A stretch of 63,371 nt of DNA, counting the filler, from Octopus bimaculoides (taxonomy: Eukaryota): assembly GCF_001194135.2 (NCBI RefSeq). It is 6 parts of 5 records of this genome, joined end to end, with 100 filler letters (N's around TTAATTAATTAA, not from the genome) between each part and the next. Parts side by side here need not be neighbours in the genome. Positions count along the whole stretch, not along the records: positions 1 to 22,145 come from NC_068984.1; 5 more parts are not named here. One strand, written 5' to 3'. Each line of letters starts with the position of its first letter. The first letter of the stretch is position 1. A model generated the notes under the pieces. That model was not told where the DNA came from. It saw only the letters and a program-made list of their open reading frames with translations, and ran no database searches. Of this stretch, positions 1-13,238 are shown one piece after another. A program made the translations under genes and the position numbers.

Positions 1-28
1 ACTGTTAATACTTCATTTAGAGAATTAA

Positions 29-59
<31 letters not shown>

Positions 60-1770
60 ACAAAACCTTTTATTCCTTTGTCATCCGAAATTCTTATTAC
101 CACTCAGTACTCAATTGATGCTTTTTACTGGAGAATATATGTGTGTGTATGTGTGTGTGGTTGTCTATACATGTATGCATATATATATATATGTATTGAG
201 TTCTGACACCAGGATAGCTTCACAATGCTTAAGCAAAATATGTATGTATGTATGTATGGATGGATGGATGGATTGGATGAATGGATGGATCGATGAATGG
301 ATGGATGTGTCTATGTGTGTACCTTTGTGTTTGTGTTTTACCCCTACAACTGCTTGACAACCAGCGTTGGTTTGTTTACATTCTCATTACTTGGCAGTTC
401 ACCAAAGAGACTGATAGAATAAGTATCAGGCTTTAAAAAAGTAGGTACTGAGGTTAATCTGTGAGAGTAAACCCTTCAAGACAGTGACCCACCATGGCTG
501 CAGTCCAATGACTAAAACATGTGAAAGATAAAAAATGATTATTAATGATGAAAAAGCCTTCTTTGATGAAAGCAATAGTTTAATAGGTTTATTTACTTTT
601 ATTATTGTATGGTTAATATAATGATCGAGCCTTTTCTCAGTTGTTGTTGTATAGTTTGACTAGACCCATTTAACCAAACCAATTTCATCACTCTTACTAA
701 TCTTTCATATCATTTACTCTCTACTCTGACTTTCCCCCTCTTCTACTGATTATTGAAGAAGTTGATGACAGCCTGACTTCAGAGGAAAAGTTCTGTCCTA
801 AAAACCTTTCAACCACATCTGTCTGGAGATATTGAAGTTTTAATTCAGCTAGAATACCATGAACATTTTATTTCCACTTTCAAATCAGCTATGTTACATT
901 AAGTCTTTTGATTCTGACAAATATTGCTTTGTATGTCGAATGTTTAAACTGAGGTTATATTAACACATCACTAAGAAGCTAAAGGAACTACAGATTAACT
1001 GTATATATAATATAAGATTGTCTTTGATAGCATTTAATTTACTTTACGTGGCACATTAATTTCAGTATAAAACTGCCATTTTAATATCTTCTAAAATAAA
1101 TATCGCCACAGATTTTATATCACGAGATCTAAAAAAACAGGCAGCAAACATTCAGAGTTCAAACATTAATTGAAGTTGAAAATTGCTATTTTTTTGTTTT
1201 GTTTTTGCAGTATTAGGTATTTAAAAATTATGGAATATAATATTTTACAGCTTGAGAATTGATATATTCTAATATCAAAAGCTAAGTACAAAACATTAAC
1301 ATTCTATGTGTCTACTTGATTGCATATTGTAACAAAACTGGCATTACAGAGAACTGAATGTATTTAGCATAGAGCCTTCTGCATCATGCACATGCAAGCT
1401 AGTAAAATTGCTCCTGTGTATTCTGTGTGAACATTTAAATTATTAAAAATAGCAGCCAAATTTCACTTAGTTGTTTTCATAACTGAAGGAGAATTTGCAT
1501 AATGTAGTTCTAGATTCATAATAATTAAAAATGATTCATGATGGTTTGTTGGAATGGTTTTAATCTTTTAACATTATCTTTTACTTGTTTCAGTCATTGG
1601 ATTGTGGCCATGCAGGGGTGCTACCTTGAAGGATTTTAGTCAAACACATAGATCTCAGTATTAATTTATTTAAAGTCTGGTATTTATTCTATTAGTCTCA
1701 TTTGCCAAGCTGTTAAGTTACAAGGATGTAAGCAACCAACACTGGTTGTCAAGCAGTGGTGGGAGCCAGC

Positions 1771-1819
<49 letters not shown>

Positions 1820-1854
1820 CATACACACAGATGACAGGCTTCTTTTCAGTTTCT

Positions 1855-2085
1855 TATTTCTTTACTGCCCATAAGAGGCTACACACAGAGGGGACAAACA
1901 GGGACAGACAAACGGATTAAGTCGATTATATTGAACCCAGTGCGTAACTGGTACTTATTTAATTGACCCCGAAAGGATGAAAGTCAAAGTCGACGTCGGC
2001 CGAATTTGAACTCAGAACGTAGCGGCAGGCAAAATACCACTAGGCCATTTCGCCCGGCATGCTAACGTTGCGGCCAGCTCACTGC
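1855..2085 (-). mobile_element. Family B SINE nested in a family A SINE (1567-2190)
   Basis: 14-bp TSD tcttttcagtttct at 1841-1854 and 2086-2099. Other B copies near 2640-2810, 3100-3320, 15260-15500, 25300-25790, 32000-32160. Confidence 0.88.
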
Positions 2086-3689
2086 TCTTTTCAGTTTCTG
2101 TCTACCAAATCCACTCACAAAGTTTTGGTAGGCACAGAGCTATAGTAGAAGACACAAGCACAAAGTATTATGCAGTGGAACTGAACACGGTACCATGTGA
2201 TTGGGAACAGACCTGAGACTAAGCAACAATTAGCATATTTATATGCAAATAACACTGAATGGACCTCAGACATATACAGAACAGTTTATTGCTGCAAAAA
2301 ATTATGATAAACAAATTGAAAAATGTTATAATTATATCTAATATTGATTTCTAATATTGACATATGTTCACAAAACTTCAGAAAAATAATATAGATTCCT
2401 GAATGCAATTATATTTTTAAGGCATTTTCTACACCTTTCTAACACTTCTGCTCCACCTCCTGCCTCAACTGATTTCTTATATTAGCCCAAGACAAAACAC
2501 TTTTCACAACATATAAGTCATTTTAATCAACTCTAGCATTTCTCTTGCTTACTACTATTTTATTGACTTTGGAAGAATGAAATACAAAACCAATTTTCTC
2601 ATGTAATTACTTTAAATTGAATAATCAGAGATTGATTTATTTTGTGTTTTCATTCTGAGTTCAAATGTTTCTGGGGTTGACTTTGACTTTCATGTTTTCA
2701 GGCTTGATAAAATAAATACTAGTTGAGCACTGGTGTTGATCTAACTAGTCGACTTAGCCCCTCTTCTGAAAGTACTGGCCTTGTGCCAAAATTTGAAACT
2801 AATATTATTCAAAGATTTCAGTTAATCGATCATGCTTGATGGTCTAAAGTTTTGTACATCATAGAGTGAGTTTTTGTCCACCAATTACATGGATAATAAG
2901 CATCAACTGAAGTTATTTTAAATCACTAAATTGTATATGTGAAACACTAATACTTTGTACTTAATACAGAATGCATATCGTTAATATGCATTCACAGTCA
3001 TATTTTTAACATTCATAATTAGCATCACTTATTATTTGTGCTTGTGTATTAATCATACTTAGTTTTTCCAACTGAGTAGAATATACTCTTCTGGGGAGGT
3101 CTGATAATATCAGTTCCAAATTTTGGCTCAAGGCCAGCTATTTCAGAGGCTGGGTAAGTCAATTAAATCAACCCAGTGCACAACTGCTACTTATTTTATT
3201 GACTCCAAAAGGTTGAAAGGCAAAGTTGACCCCAGCGGAATTTGAAGTCAGACAAAATACTACTAAGCACTTTTTCTAGAGTGCTAATGATTCTGCCAGC
3301 TCACTGCCTTAAGAAGATCTAATAATATTAACACTTTTTACTTTTAACAAAAGATCCACTTCCAAACTACACACACTTTATTTCAAGAAAATTCATATCA
3401 TTGATCTTATTGGTGAAATTCACTGTAGGTCAGCTATCCAACAGATGACCCTGTTGTGTGCAGGGGCCACCTTACCAAGACTTTCTAGCTTCCTTTGTGT
3501 TGTATTGTATGCATACAATCAGTGAGGCTCTTGTCTCCAATACATTCTTTGATGCCATCATTCCACAAATGTCTTCGATAGACTCTTGTTCTCTTCTTAC
3601 AGTCACACTCAGAAAAATAAAAAGCAAAATAAATACAAAAGTCTGTGAGGTGCACGTTGGATTAGGGCCAACAGTGGTGCAAGAGATGT

Positions 3690-4150
3690 TATATTTTATT
3701 TCAGTATTCTAGTACAAAAGCAAATGCAAGTGCAGAAAGATCTATTTACTTCATAGATTATACCAAAGCATTTCTTCATGTACACCACAGAGAGATCATC
3801 ATAAGCCATCTTAGAAGGAAAAGATAATAGCATCTGTATGTTATATTGGAACCAAAATGCAAACATTGAAATAAACCAGGAATTGTCAGCACATGTAGAG
3901 ATCAAAAGAGGTGTGAAAAAAGGAAGTATGTTATCACCATACCTATTTAATATCCATACTGAGTATATATGCAGAAAATTCAGTAAGACTGAGGAACTCA
4001 CATTCAAAATTATGAACATGAATAATATAAGATATGCTGGTTATTTATGTAGCATTAGTAGTAGACAGCAATGAGGAATTACAAGACATTGTTGATGGTG
4101 TAAGAGTATAAATGAGTGACATGAAAGGCCTAAATATGAATGTTAAAGGG
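3690..4150 (+). pseudogene. RTE-clade LINE reverse transcriptase fragment
   Basis: IDYTKAF, EIKRGVKKGSMLSPYLFNIHTEYI, NNIRYAGY (YADD decayed), DSNEELQDIV; frameshifts and stops. Confidence 0.85.
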
Positions 4151-4241
4151 TAGACAATGCTTAATGCATGTATAAGGTCAATATTAGCCAAAACAAGATG
4201 AAATTAACCCGAGTAGTTCTCAAAACATTTCTTTCGCACAG

Positions 4242-4418
<177 letters not shown>

Positions 4419-5884
4419 GATTTGTTTACATTTTGTAGTAAGGTTAAAATTGTTGGTATACCTACATTAAAATTAAAATTATCTGACTAAAGCTTTGCAG
4501 GGCATAATTAATTAATTAGCTGTGGGTTCAAAATAATCAGCTATATCATGTAGGCATGGCACGCCAACGTAACAGCAGTTCAGTGACTGATACTAGGCAA
4601 TAGCCCAAATGTATATTCTATTTAACCAAGATGATGATGCAACTATGATAACAATGATGAAGCGTTTATAGTTTGTTGGTTCTACTTCTGCTGCTCTCTT
4701 TGCCATAAGTTAGAGCTTTTATTCTTGAGTGGCACAAGTTGTTCTACAAAGACAAAGTAGTTTCTGGTTTATTCAAAGTAACAGTAAAAACAATTTCTTT
4801 ACAGTATTGATATTGTTTCATGATATATATACTACAGAAGAATGATATTCCTGCAGCAAACATATCAATGATAAAATTATGCTGTCTACACGGCAGATTA
4901 CTTAAGTAGATATAATCCAGTACAATGTAAGTAATGGAGATTATGTTCAATAAGGTTAAGAAAAATCAGAGAATGGCAAACTGTCAACTTTGATTAATTT
5001 TAAAAGTATCAAATACCTATTTCCGTAGGTGAGTGTAATAGCTGTCACAATAAGTTCCATCTTAAAATGAAGCCAAAGTGTCATTAGAAATACTATATCT
5101 CTAACAATCAATATCCTATTATAAGGATGCAATACTTTCACAAAGCAGTCAATCAATCAATACTGCGATAAATAGCAGTAAATGCTTGATTTTGCATAAT
5201 CCAAAAGTACATGCTTCCCATTCTGAAGCCTATCCAATCACAAAATGTATTCTCTATGTCTGAGTGCATATAATGTTACTGCATTTCTGTTCATCTAGTC
5301 GGGAGGGACATTGATATGGTTAAAGGATGCAGATGAAGCAGCCAAATAATAAAATCTTATTCTTATGAAATTGTTACTGATGAAAACCTATAAATCCAAG
5401 ATGCCAAAAGTCAATAAAGAAGTGATTTATTCTTTATTCTTAGATAAAGAATTGTGACTAAGTTTGTTTAAAATACTTTTTGTGTTTGTGATAATAACTA
5501 AAATATCTTACTAACAAAAAAAAAGAAAAGAAAAGGAAATGATCTATAATTCAAATGTTAGTGGATTGAACTGCCATCCAGTCTATTTACATTGAATTAA
5601 ATATTATACTGCAATGAAGATTTATTGATATCACCAATATATTTGCCAAGAGACTATAAAAATAAGCAAGCGAATGATAAAGACCAGAGTCTATAAAGTT
5701 GAGAAGTTAAATTTGCTCCAAATAGGATGTTAGCCTATTGCACATTATAATTTTCATATTTTGATTTCAAAACTGTTATTTGGGGCCAAGTACTGGGCTG
5801 AGAGGGGAAATTTAGTGCTCTTTCTCCTAAAAGAATAGAATTTTTCCAAAAGATTTTAACTCATGATTTATGAATATGTATGCA

Positions 5885-5933
<49 letters not shown>

Positions 5934-5938
5934 CTATC

Positions 5939-6047
<109 letters not shown>

Positions 6048-6710
6048 CTTATTTACTTGTTGTGGAACTACCTAAGTTACTGAAGGACCACAATTTCCTG
6101 CTATAACACTTTCCAAACTAAACTGAATTTAAGTTCACAATCATAACACACACACAGACTTATGAATATCATAGTCAATATATGATCATTGCTTTAGCAT
6201 CCATATATTTTTCCATGCTTGCATGGGTCAGATGAAGCAGGTCTTCTAAGGCCAGATGACCTTCTTGTCATTAACTATAACTTATTTTCAAGCAAGGTAA
6301 TATTTTCCCATGCACGAACAAGTTTGTTTCCACAGAGGTTTTGAAAGAAATCACACCACTTCTATGAAGCAGTCACATTTTTACAACTATCACACAATAT
6401 CAAAACAACAAAGTAGAAACAGATACACACATACACACATACACTTACACTCACATACAGACACAAACATGTATGACAGAATTCTTTCAGTTTTCATCTA
6501 CCAAAACCACACATGAGAATTTGGTCAGCCTGAAACTATAGTAGAGGACAGTTGCCAAAGATGCCGTGCAGTGGGTCTGTTGTAATGGACAGATGTGCGT
6601 GTACATCAGATTTACTATATGTAGTGGTAAGATGTGAATGGTCAACATATATAGTTGGTTGATAGCAGGATGAAACAGTGTAATAAAAACTATGAAAAGA
6701 AAAGGAATAA

Positions 6711-7153
6711 TGCCAATATAACATGGCAGTCCTGGTTTAGGATGAATGTTGCTGTAATTTAGCCCAGGAGACATCGTCTCCAGCTGGCTATATGACACAA
6801 TCTGTGTCCTTATATTTTTGAACAAGGGAATCTAGCACCCCCACTCAGCTCAGAACAATTTCTGTGTATTGCGATTTCTGGGTTATTTCTCTTCATCAGC
6901 ACCGAATAATTGTTCAGCTAGCAGTGGTGCTACCAAGTTCCCGTTCGAAATATATAGTTTTCAAAGTGATAACTAGTCACTGATCTGTAAATTAGAAAAT
7001 GACTATTTGTAAATTTCACAATGAGAGATATTCAGCAACAGTATTTTGGACGAATGTTGCTGTAATTTAGCCCTAAAGCAGGACTGCCCTGTTATGTTGG
7101 CAAAAATCTTTACTCCAAAGTACCATTGCTGAATATCTCACGTTGTGAGATTT
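6711..7153. mobile_element. Penelope-like remnant with interleaved direct and inverted repeats
   Basis: IR 6711-6741/7072-7102, DR 6740-6765/7048-7073, IR 7011-7050/7114-7153, plus an internal hammerhead. Confidence 0.55.
6861..6905 (-). ncRNA. Type I hammerhead ribozyme motif (weak stem II)
   Basis: Minus strand: tcggtg-CTGATGA-agag aaataa ccca-GAAAT-cgca-ATA-cacaga; stem I 5 of 6 pairs, AUA site. Confidence 0.55.
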
Positions 7154-7314
7154 AAAAAAGGAATAATATACACAAATTTATTTGCCAGTAGTGTTTAGTA
7201 AAATATACATAATAGTAATTGATAATAGTAATGATGTGTTGGTGTATCACTGGTAGTTGGTAGTGTGTAAGCTGTCGTTCTGCTGACAGAATGGAAGAAA
7301 GGGTAAGGATTAGA

Positions 7315-7390
7315 TTGTCCCTTTCCATTTGGCCAATGCATTTGCTCCTGGTTTGTCCCTTTCCATTTAGCCAATGCATTTGCTCCTGGT
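7315..7390 (+). repeat. 38-bp tandem repeat x2
   Basis: ttgtccctttccattt[g/a]gccaatgcatttgctcctggt. Confidence 0.95.
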
Positions 7391-7591
7391 TAACAACTGA
7401 CATGAATAGAGATGTGTGCTCTCTATTAATTGGTTAAACCAGAGAGAGGGAGAGAGAGAGGGGAGAGAGATGATTTCAGTTATATAGAGCATGGTCAGGA
7501 AGTAGGTCAAACCTAAGACAATGGACTGACACTTTGGTGACCAGCCAGGTATTTCATACATATATATATATATATATATACNNNNNNNNNN

Positions 7592-7623
<32 letters not shown>

Positions 7624-7629
7624 ACACAA

Positions 7630-7661
<32 letters not shown>

Positions 7662-8139
7662 GATACATTAAAAGTGAGCTTGAAGCTTGCTTGCTTGCAA
7701 TCTTACCCAACCAAACTGGCACATAATGGGAAAATTCTCAGAAAATAATTTAACCCTGAAAGGGAAGAAACTCTTACCATTTCATTAGACACAGTGACCC
7801 GACAACGGAAAAATACGACTTGTTTTTTTACACTAAATATTTCTATTTTCGCTTTTGTTAAACACAATATTTTTATCATTTATAAATATTTTAAAGTGAA
7901 TGTGATTTCAAAAATGTAAGTCGTTTGTACAGTAAGTATATATATTTTAGCTTTCTTTAAACAGACAATATTTTAGTGTCTTTTTAAGTTATTTTTAAGT
8001 GAATACCATTACAAAAATTTTTTGAGCATATTTAAAACATATTTTAAAGTGAAGATGACATTTGTGCATGAAGTCCATTTGTGGAATAGAATGCTCAACT
8101 GATTACTACTTTCTGAGGAGTTAGATCAAAACCAGGATT

Positions 8140-8865
8140 ACTCTGCCCTGGAGGAAGACCTCAACCAGTACAAAATCAGAGAAATTTGTCATCAGCAAAG
8201 TAGCAAATGCAGAATACTGTCAGAGACTGACTGATGCTATCATAGCTACAATCAAGGGTGTGGCAGTCAGCTCAGTGGATTGAATGACATTGAGAAGCAT
8301 TGGCAGGTGTTAAAGAAGGCAGGTTTTTCTTCCCTCCATTTTTAAGGAAACCCCAGAACCTTCTCAGTGTAAAACACCTGATTGTTTCTGGAAGCATAGA
8401 GAAAAGATCCAGCATCTGTTAAACAAAAAAATCAGGCCTGCACCAGCAACATTTGCAATGAACTTGGAGAGGAGAGGGTCACTTTTTGCTGAAATCCTGT
8501 CCAAAGTGTAGGTGGAAGGGAGATCACTGGAGAATGTGTAATGATGCAGGCTGGCAACACCATTGCAGAGCATAGCCAAGAAGCACGACTACCATGAGCT
8601 TTTTACTTTTCTGAAAGCCACTTATGGTTCCTAGAGCAGTGCAGTGGCACCTATTAAGTCAGCAGATGGGAGCAAATTGCACACTATCCTCCAGAGTTAG
8701 GTGAAAGGAACATTGCTGTAACATATTCAATCTGCAAAGTTTCATCCAACCAGATGTCTACAAATGGCAAGAGCAGCACCAGAGTCAGGATGATCTCTAT
8801 CATCAGATCACTGTGCAGGAGGTGGAGAAAGCCTTGAAGGCTCTGTCAAGTTGTAAAGCATACAA
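8140..8865 (+). pseudogene. RTE-clade LINE fragment (between endonuclease and RT)
   Basis: Decayed segments such as DIEKHWQVLKKA, FLKATYGS, VAPIKSADGS, TVQEVEKALKALSS. Confidence 0.7.
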
Positions 8866-9457
8866 AAATACCCTGTTGATGTTGTTGAAATTTCAATGAA
8901 GGAACCTTGGATCTAGGTTGAGAACAAATTCATTCTCTATTGGCCAAATACTTTTGAAATAAAACTGAATAATGACAAACACACACACGCGTACACGCAC
9001 ACATGCACATATTTGTGTGTGTGTATATGTGTGTGTGTCTCTATGTGTGTAACTCTGTCGTTTGCATTGTGTGTAAGTTGGACCTATTAATGTAAATATC
9101 TATATATTTATACTTCAAATCCATTATCTGAAAATCTCCTCCATTTACTTTCTCTCGTTTTTGTGTGAATACATATTTTATTTTATTCATTTCATCTAGT
9201 TTCAGCTCATGGATACATATTTTGTATTTCATACTCAAATCATTATATTTAATATATTTCATATATTCTATGTATCTAATTTATTTATCCACATAATTGC
9301 CCCTCTCTCTATATATGTATGCATATATACATGTGTATATGTATAAATGTATGTATGTATATGTATGTGTATATATATGTGTGAGTGTATGTATATATGT
9401 GTGTTTGTGTGCATGAGTGTGTGTGTGTATATATGTGTGTGTGTGTATGTATATGTG

Positions 9458-9544
<87 letters not shown>

Positions 9545-9953
9545 GTATTTGTATGTATGTATACATCATCATTATTTAACGTCTGTTTTTCCCTGCTGAT
9601 ATGGGTCGGACAGTTTGATGGGAGCTGGCTGGATGAAGACTGGCCGAAGCTTCATGTCTGCTTTGGTAAGGCTGGTATAGCTGGATACCCTTCCTAACAC
9701 CAACCACTTTACAGAGAGCTTTCACCCAGCACCAGCATGGGGGCTTTAATACACCATCAGTACGAGTGCTTTTATATAGCACCAGCACCACAAGCCTACA
9801 AGATTAGAAATACTCAGCTGGAGAGGGATGCAGGGGACATATCTGTATGCAATATATATATACACACACATGCATATATACATACATACATACATACACA
9901 AACACACACACACACACACATGTATATATATATACATACATACATATATATAT

Positions 9954-9988
<35 letters not shown>

Positions 9989-12240
9989 NNNNNNNNNNNN
10001 NNNNNNNNNNNNNNNNNNNNNNNNNNNNNNNNNNNNNNNNNNNNNNNNNNNNNNNNNNNNNNNNNNNNNNNNNNNNNNNNNNNNNNNNNNNNNNNNNNNN
10101 NNNNNNNNNNNNNNNNNNNNNNNNNNNNNNNNNNNNNNNNNNNNNNNNNNNNNNNNNNNNNNNNNNNNNNNNNNNNNNNNNNNNNNNNNNNNNNNNNNNN
10201 NNNNNNNNNNNNNNNNNNNNNNNNNNNNNNNNNNNNNNNNNNNNNNNNNNNNNNNNNNNNNNNNNNNNNNNNNNNNNNNNNNNNNNNNNNNNNNNNNNNN
10301 NNNNNNNNNNNNNNNNNNNNNNNNNNNNNNNNNNNNNNAGTTAAATGTTATAAATATATAAAATAATCACAAATTTAATATACTTGAAGAAAGCAAAGAA
10401 ATATAAAAGATGCGCTGATTCAATAAGAAATCTTTTGAAAATATATGGAAAAACTGAAATTAAATTTCATTTTATCAGCTTTTTTAAGTATCAGTTTACA
10501 TAAAATTTGTGTTGTTTTAACTAAAATACTCTGTGAAGGTGTTAGGAAGTTACATTTAGATGCAAGTTTACTCTTTTTGATTACGTAAAATCTATGACTT
10601 CATATTAAAAGTAAATTCAGCCTTATCATACTTCATGTAGTAAGCCAAGAAATTTTAATTAGTTAAAAATTATCATTAATTATGAGAAAAATAATTTGTG
10701 AATAGGTAATAGCAGTCAAACATGTAGATACAGTTTAAATAACGTCAGGAGGAAACAGCCCAGAATTTTTAAAATGCAGCTAGTGAGAGAATGTAATTGG
10801 TAGCATGTAGCATACATTTGCTAATTGTTTTAGTTGATTATGTAGTCATGAGCTAGTCACCTTCTCTGTTCCTTTAACCTTCACTCAGGGGTGTGCATTA
10901 GCGTTTAGGGTATTCAGCTCATTATCATAAGATCCATGAATTTGATTCCCAATGGTTGTGTTATATCCTTGAGCTAGACAATTTACTTCACATTGCTCCA
11001 ATCCACTCAGCTGTCAAAAATGAACGTATCTGTAATTCAAAATGACCAGTATTGTCATATTCTGTATCAAGCTGAATCACATTAAGTGTACATCTAATTG
11101 TGGAGTGTTCAGCCACTTGCCCGTTATTTTCATGATCAGGCTGTTCCATTGATGAAATCAAGTGGAATACTGGTTGTTGTAACTGACGGAGTACCAGGTC
11201 ACTGATCACTCAGCAGAACATATAGTATGATTAGTGTGCAGATGGTACTCATTACAGATGAATAAACTGGAGCAATGTGAATTAAAGTACTTTGTACTAG
11301 AACTGCCCAGCCAATATGCAATCCAGTGAATGTGCTGCCTTGTTCAGGAATTGAACCCTTGCCCTTATGATTATGATCACAGCCTTCTAACTACTGAGAT
11401 ACATGCCTTAACAACTGACAAAAATTCATTAAATATGAATAAAGTAGGAATTGAATCAGAACATTATCAGTATGTGACAGCTTTAGATGCATTTCCAAAG
11501 CAAGATTAGTTACTTTCAAATTTTTAGAGTTAATACGTTTGTTTTTATAAACAATATGCTATCAATTAGCTTTATCAATATTAACTTATTAATAGCGGCG
11601 TGATTTGAAGAAACATTAAAATAGCTTGCTGTGTCTCTCCTGCTTCTTTGTGTTTTTTATTCATGCCACTAGCACTGGTGCCAGTCAGACGGTACTTGCA
11701 ACTTCCAAATTCACTGCCCTGAGTTGTTACTTGAATTATCAACCCTGAAAGAACCAAAACAACACTTGACCCCCACTTGTATTTGAACACAAAGGTCAGG
11801 AGCATATACCACAAAGCATTTTATCCAATGCTCCAATAAAATTGCTAAGTCATCATTTTTAATCGTTATCTTTTGCTTGACTCAGTCATTGAACTGTGGC
11901 GATGCTGGAGCACTATGTTGAAAGATTTTTAGTCTCGTGGGTGGGGGCGCACACATGCACACACACACACACGCACACACGACAGGCTCTCAGACATTTT
12001 CCTTCTGCCAAATTCACTAACAAGGCATTGATCAGTTTTGAGATATAGTTGAAGACACTTGTTTAAGTTGTTGTGTAGTGATATTGAACCTTAAACCATG
12101 TGGCTGCAAAGCAAGCTGTGTAACCACAAAACTATACCTGTGACCATGTATAAGATTCTTTAATTATTTTCAAACTAATTGTAACCTTAAAATATCCGCT
12201 CTTTACATATTTTATAACAACTTCATGAGAAGACAAAGAA

Positions 12241-12592
12241 CAGTGCCCATAATCTATTTCAGGGCTTCTAAAACTAATGAGAGGAGATTATCTCCTGATT
12301 GGAGATATGACCAGAATGATCATAGCAAAGTAGGCTCTTCTCGAAGTTTCTAAAGCCAAGTGTAAATCACTAAATTTCTAGACATAGCAGTCAAATCCCT
12401 TTTAAGTAAAACTCTTTACAGTGCCCATAATCTATCTCAGGGTTTCTAAAACTATTGAGAGATTATCTCCTGATTAGAGATATGACCAGAATGATCATAG
12501 CAAAGTGGGCTTTTCTAGAGGTTTCTAAAGCCAAGTGTAAATCACTAAATTTCTAGACATAGCAGTCAAATCCCTTTTAAGTAAAACTCTTT
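12241..12592 (+). repeat. Tandem duplication, about 178-bp unit x2
   Basis: Units 12241-12418 and 12419-12592 both begin cagtgcccataatctat and end gtaaaactcttt. Confidence 0.95.
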
Positions 12593-13119
12593 CTTAAAAA
12601 GGGAAATCCATATTAGATATTATATTCCTAGATACACTATGGCTGAAAAAGGAAGTGAAGGTTATAGTAGGATCACCTTTGATTATAAATCAGTTTGAAA
12701 AGGGATAACCTGAAGCTAAACAACAACAACAACAATAACAGCTGTAACATCAACTGCAATAACAAGTTAGCATTTACAATTATTGCCTCTCAACTGCAGA
12801 AAGAAAATAAAGAAAACACAAATGAATGTATTTGGAAAGCAGTTCATATCCAACATGCAATATTTATATATGATAATAAGGCAGTGATTAAAATGTTTGA
12901 AGTGTCTACATCAGTGATACACATGACTCAAGCTTCTGAGTAAAAGATCTCACAGGAACCAATTTCAATTTCATCCCTCTGGGGTCAATAATACAAGCAT
13001 CAGTAATATATTGCTAGGAAGTCACTTGATTATAGTCACTCCATTTGTATAGCCCTACCCACCACAAGAAAGGAAGTAAAAGAGAAAATCATAGAGGCAT
13101 GTTTGTGCGTGCGTGAGTG

Positions 13120-13160
<41 letters not shown>

Positions 13161-13201
13161 CTCGCTATATATATATGCATACACAACATCATCTTCCTAT
13201 G

Positions 13202-13238
<37 letters not shown>

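Noticed and set aside
7751-7800. TTAACCCT piggyBac-like end
   Set aside because: No matching opposite terminus or transposase
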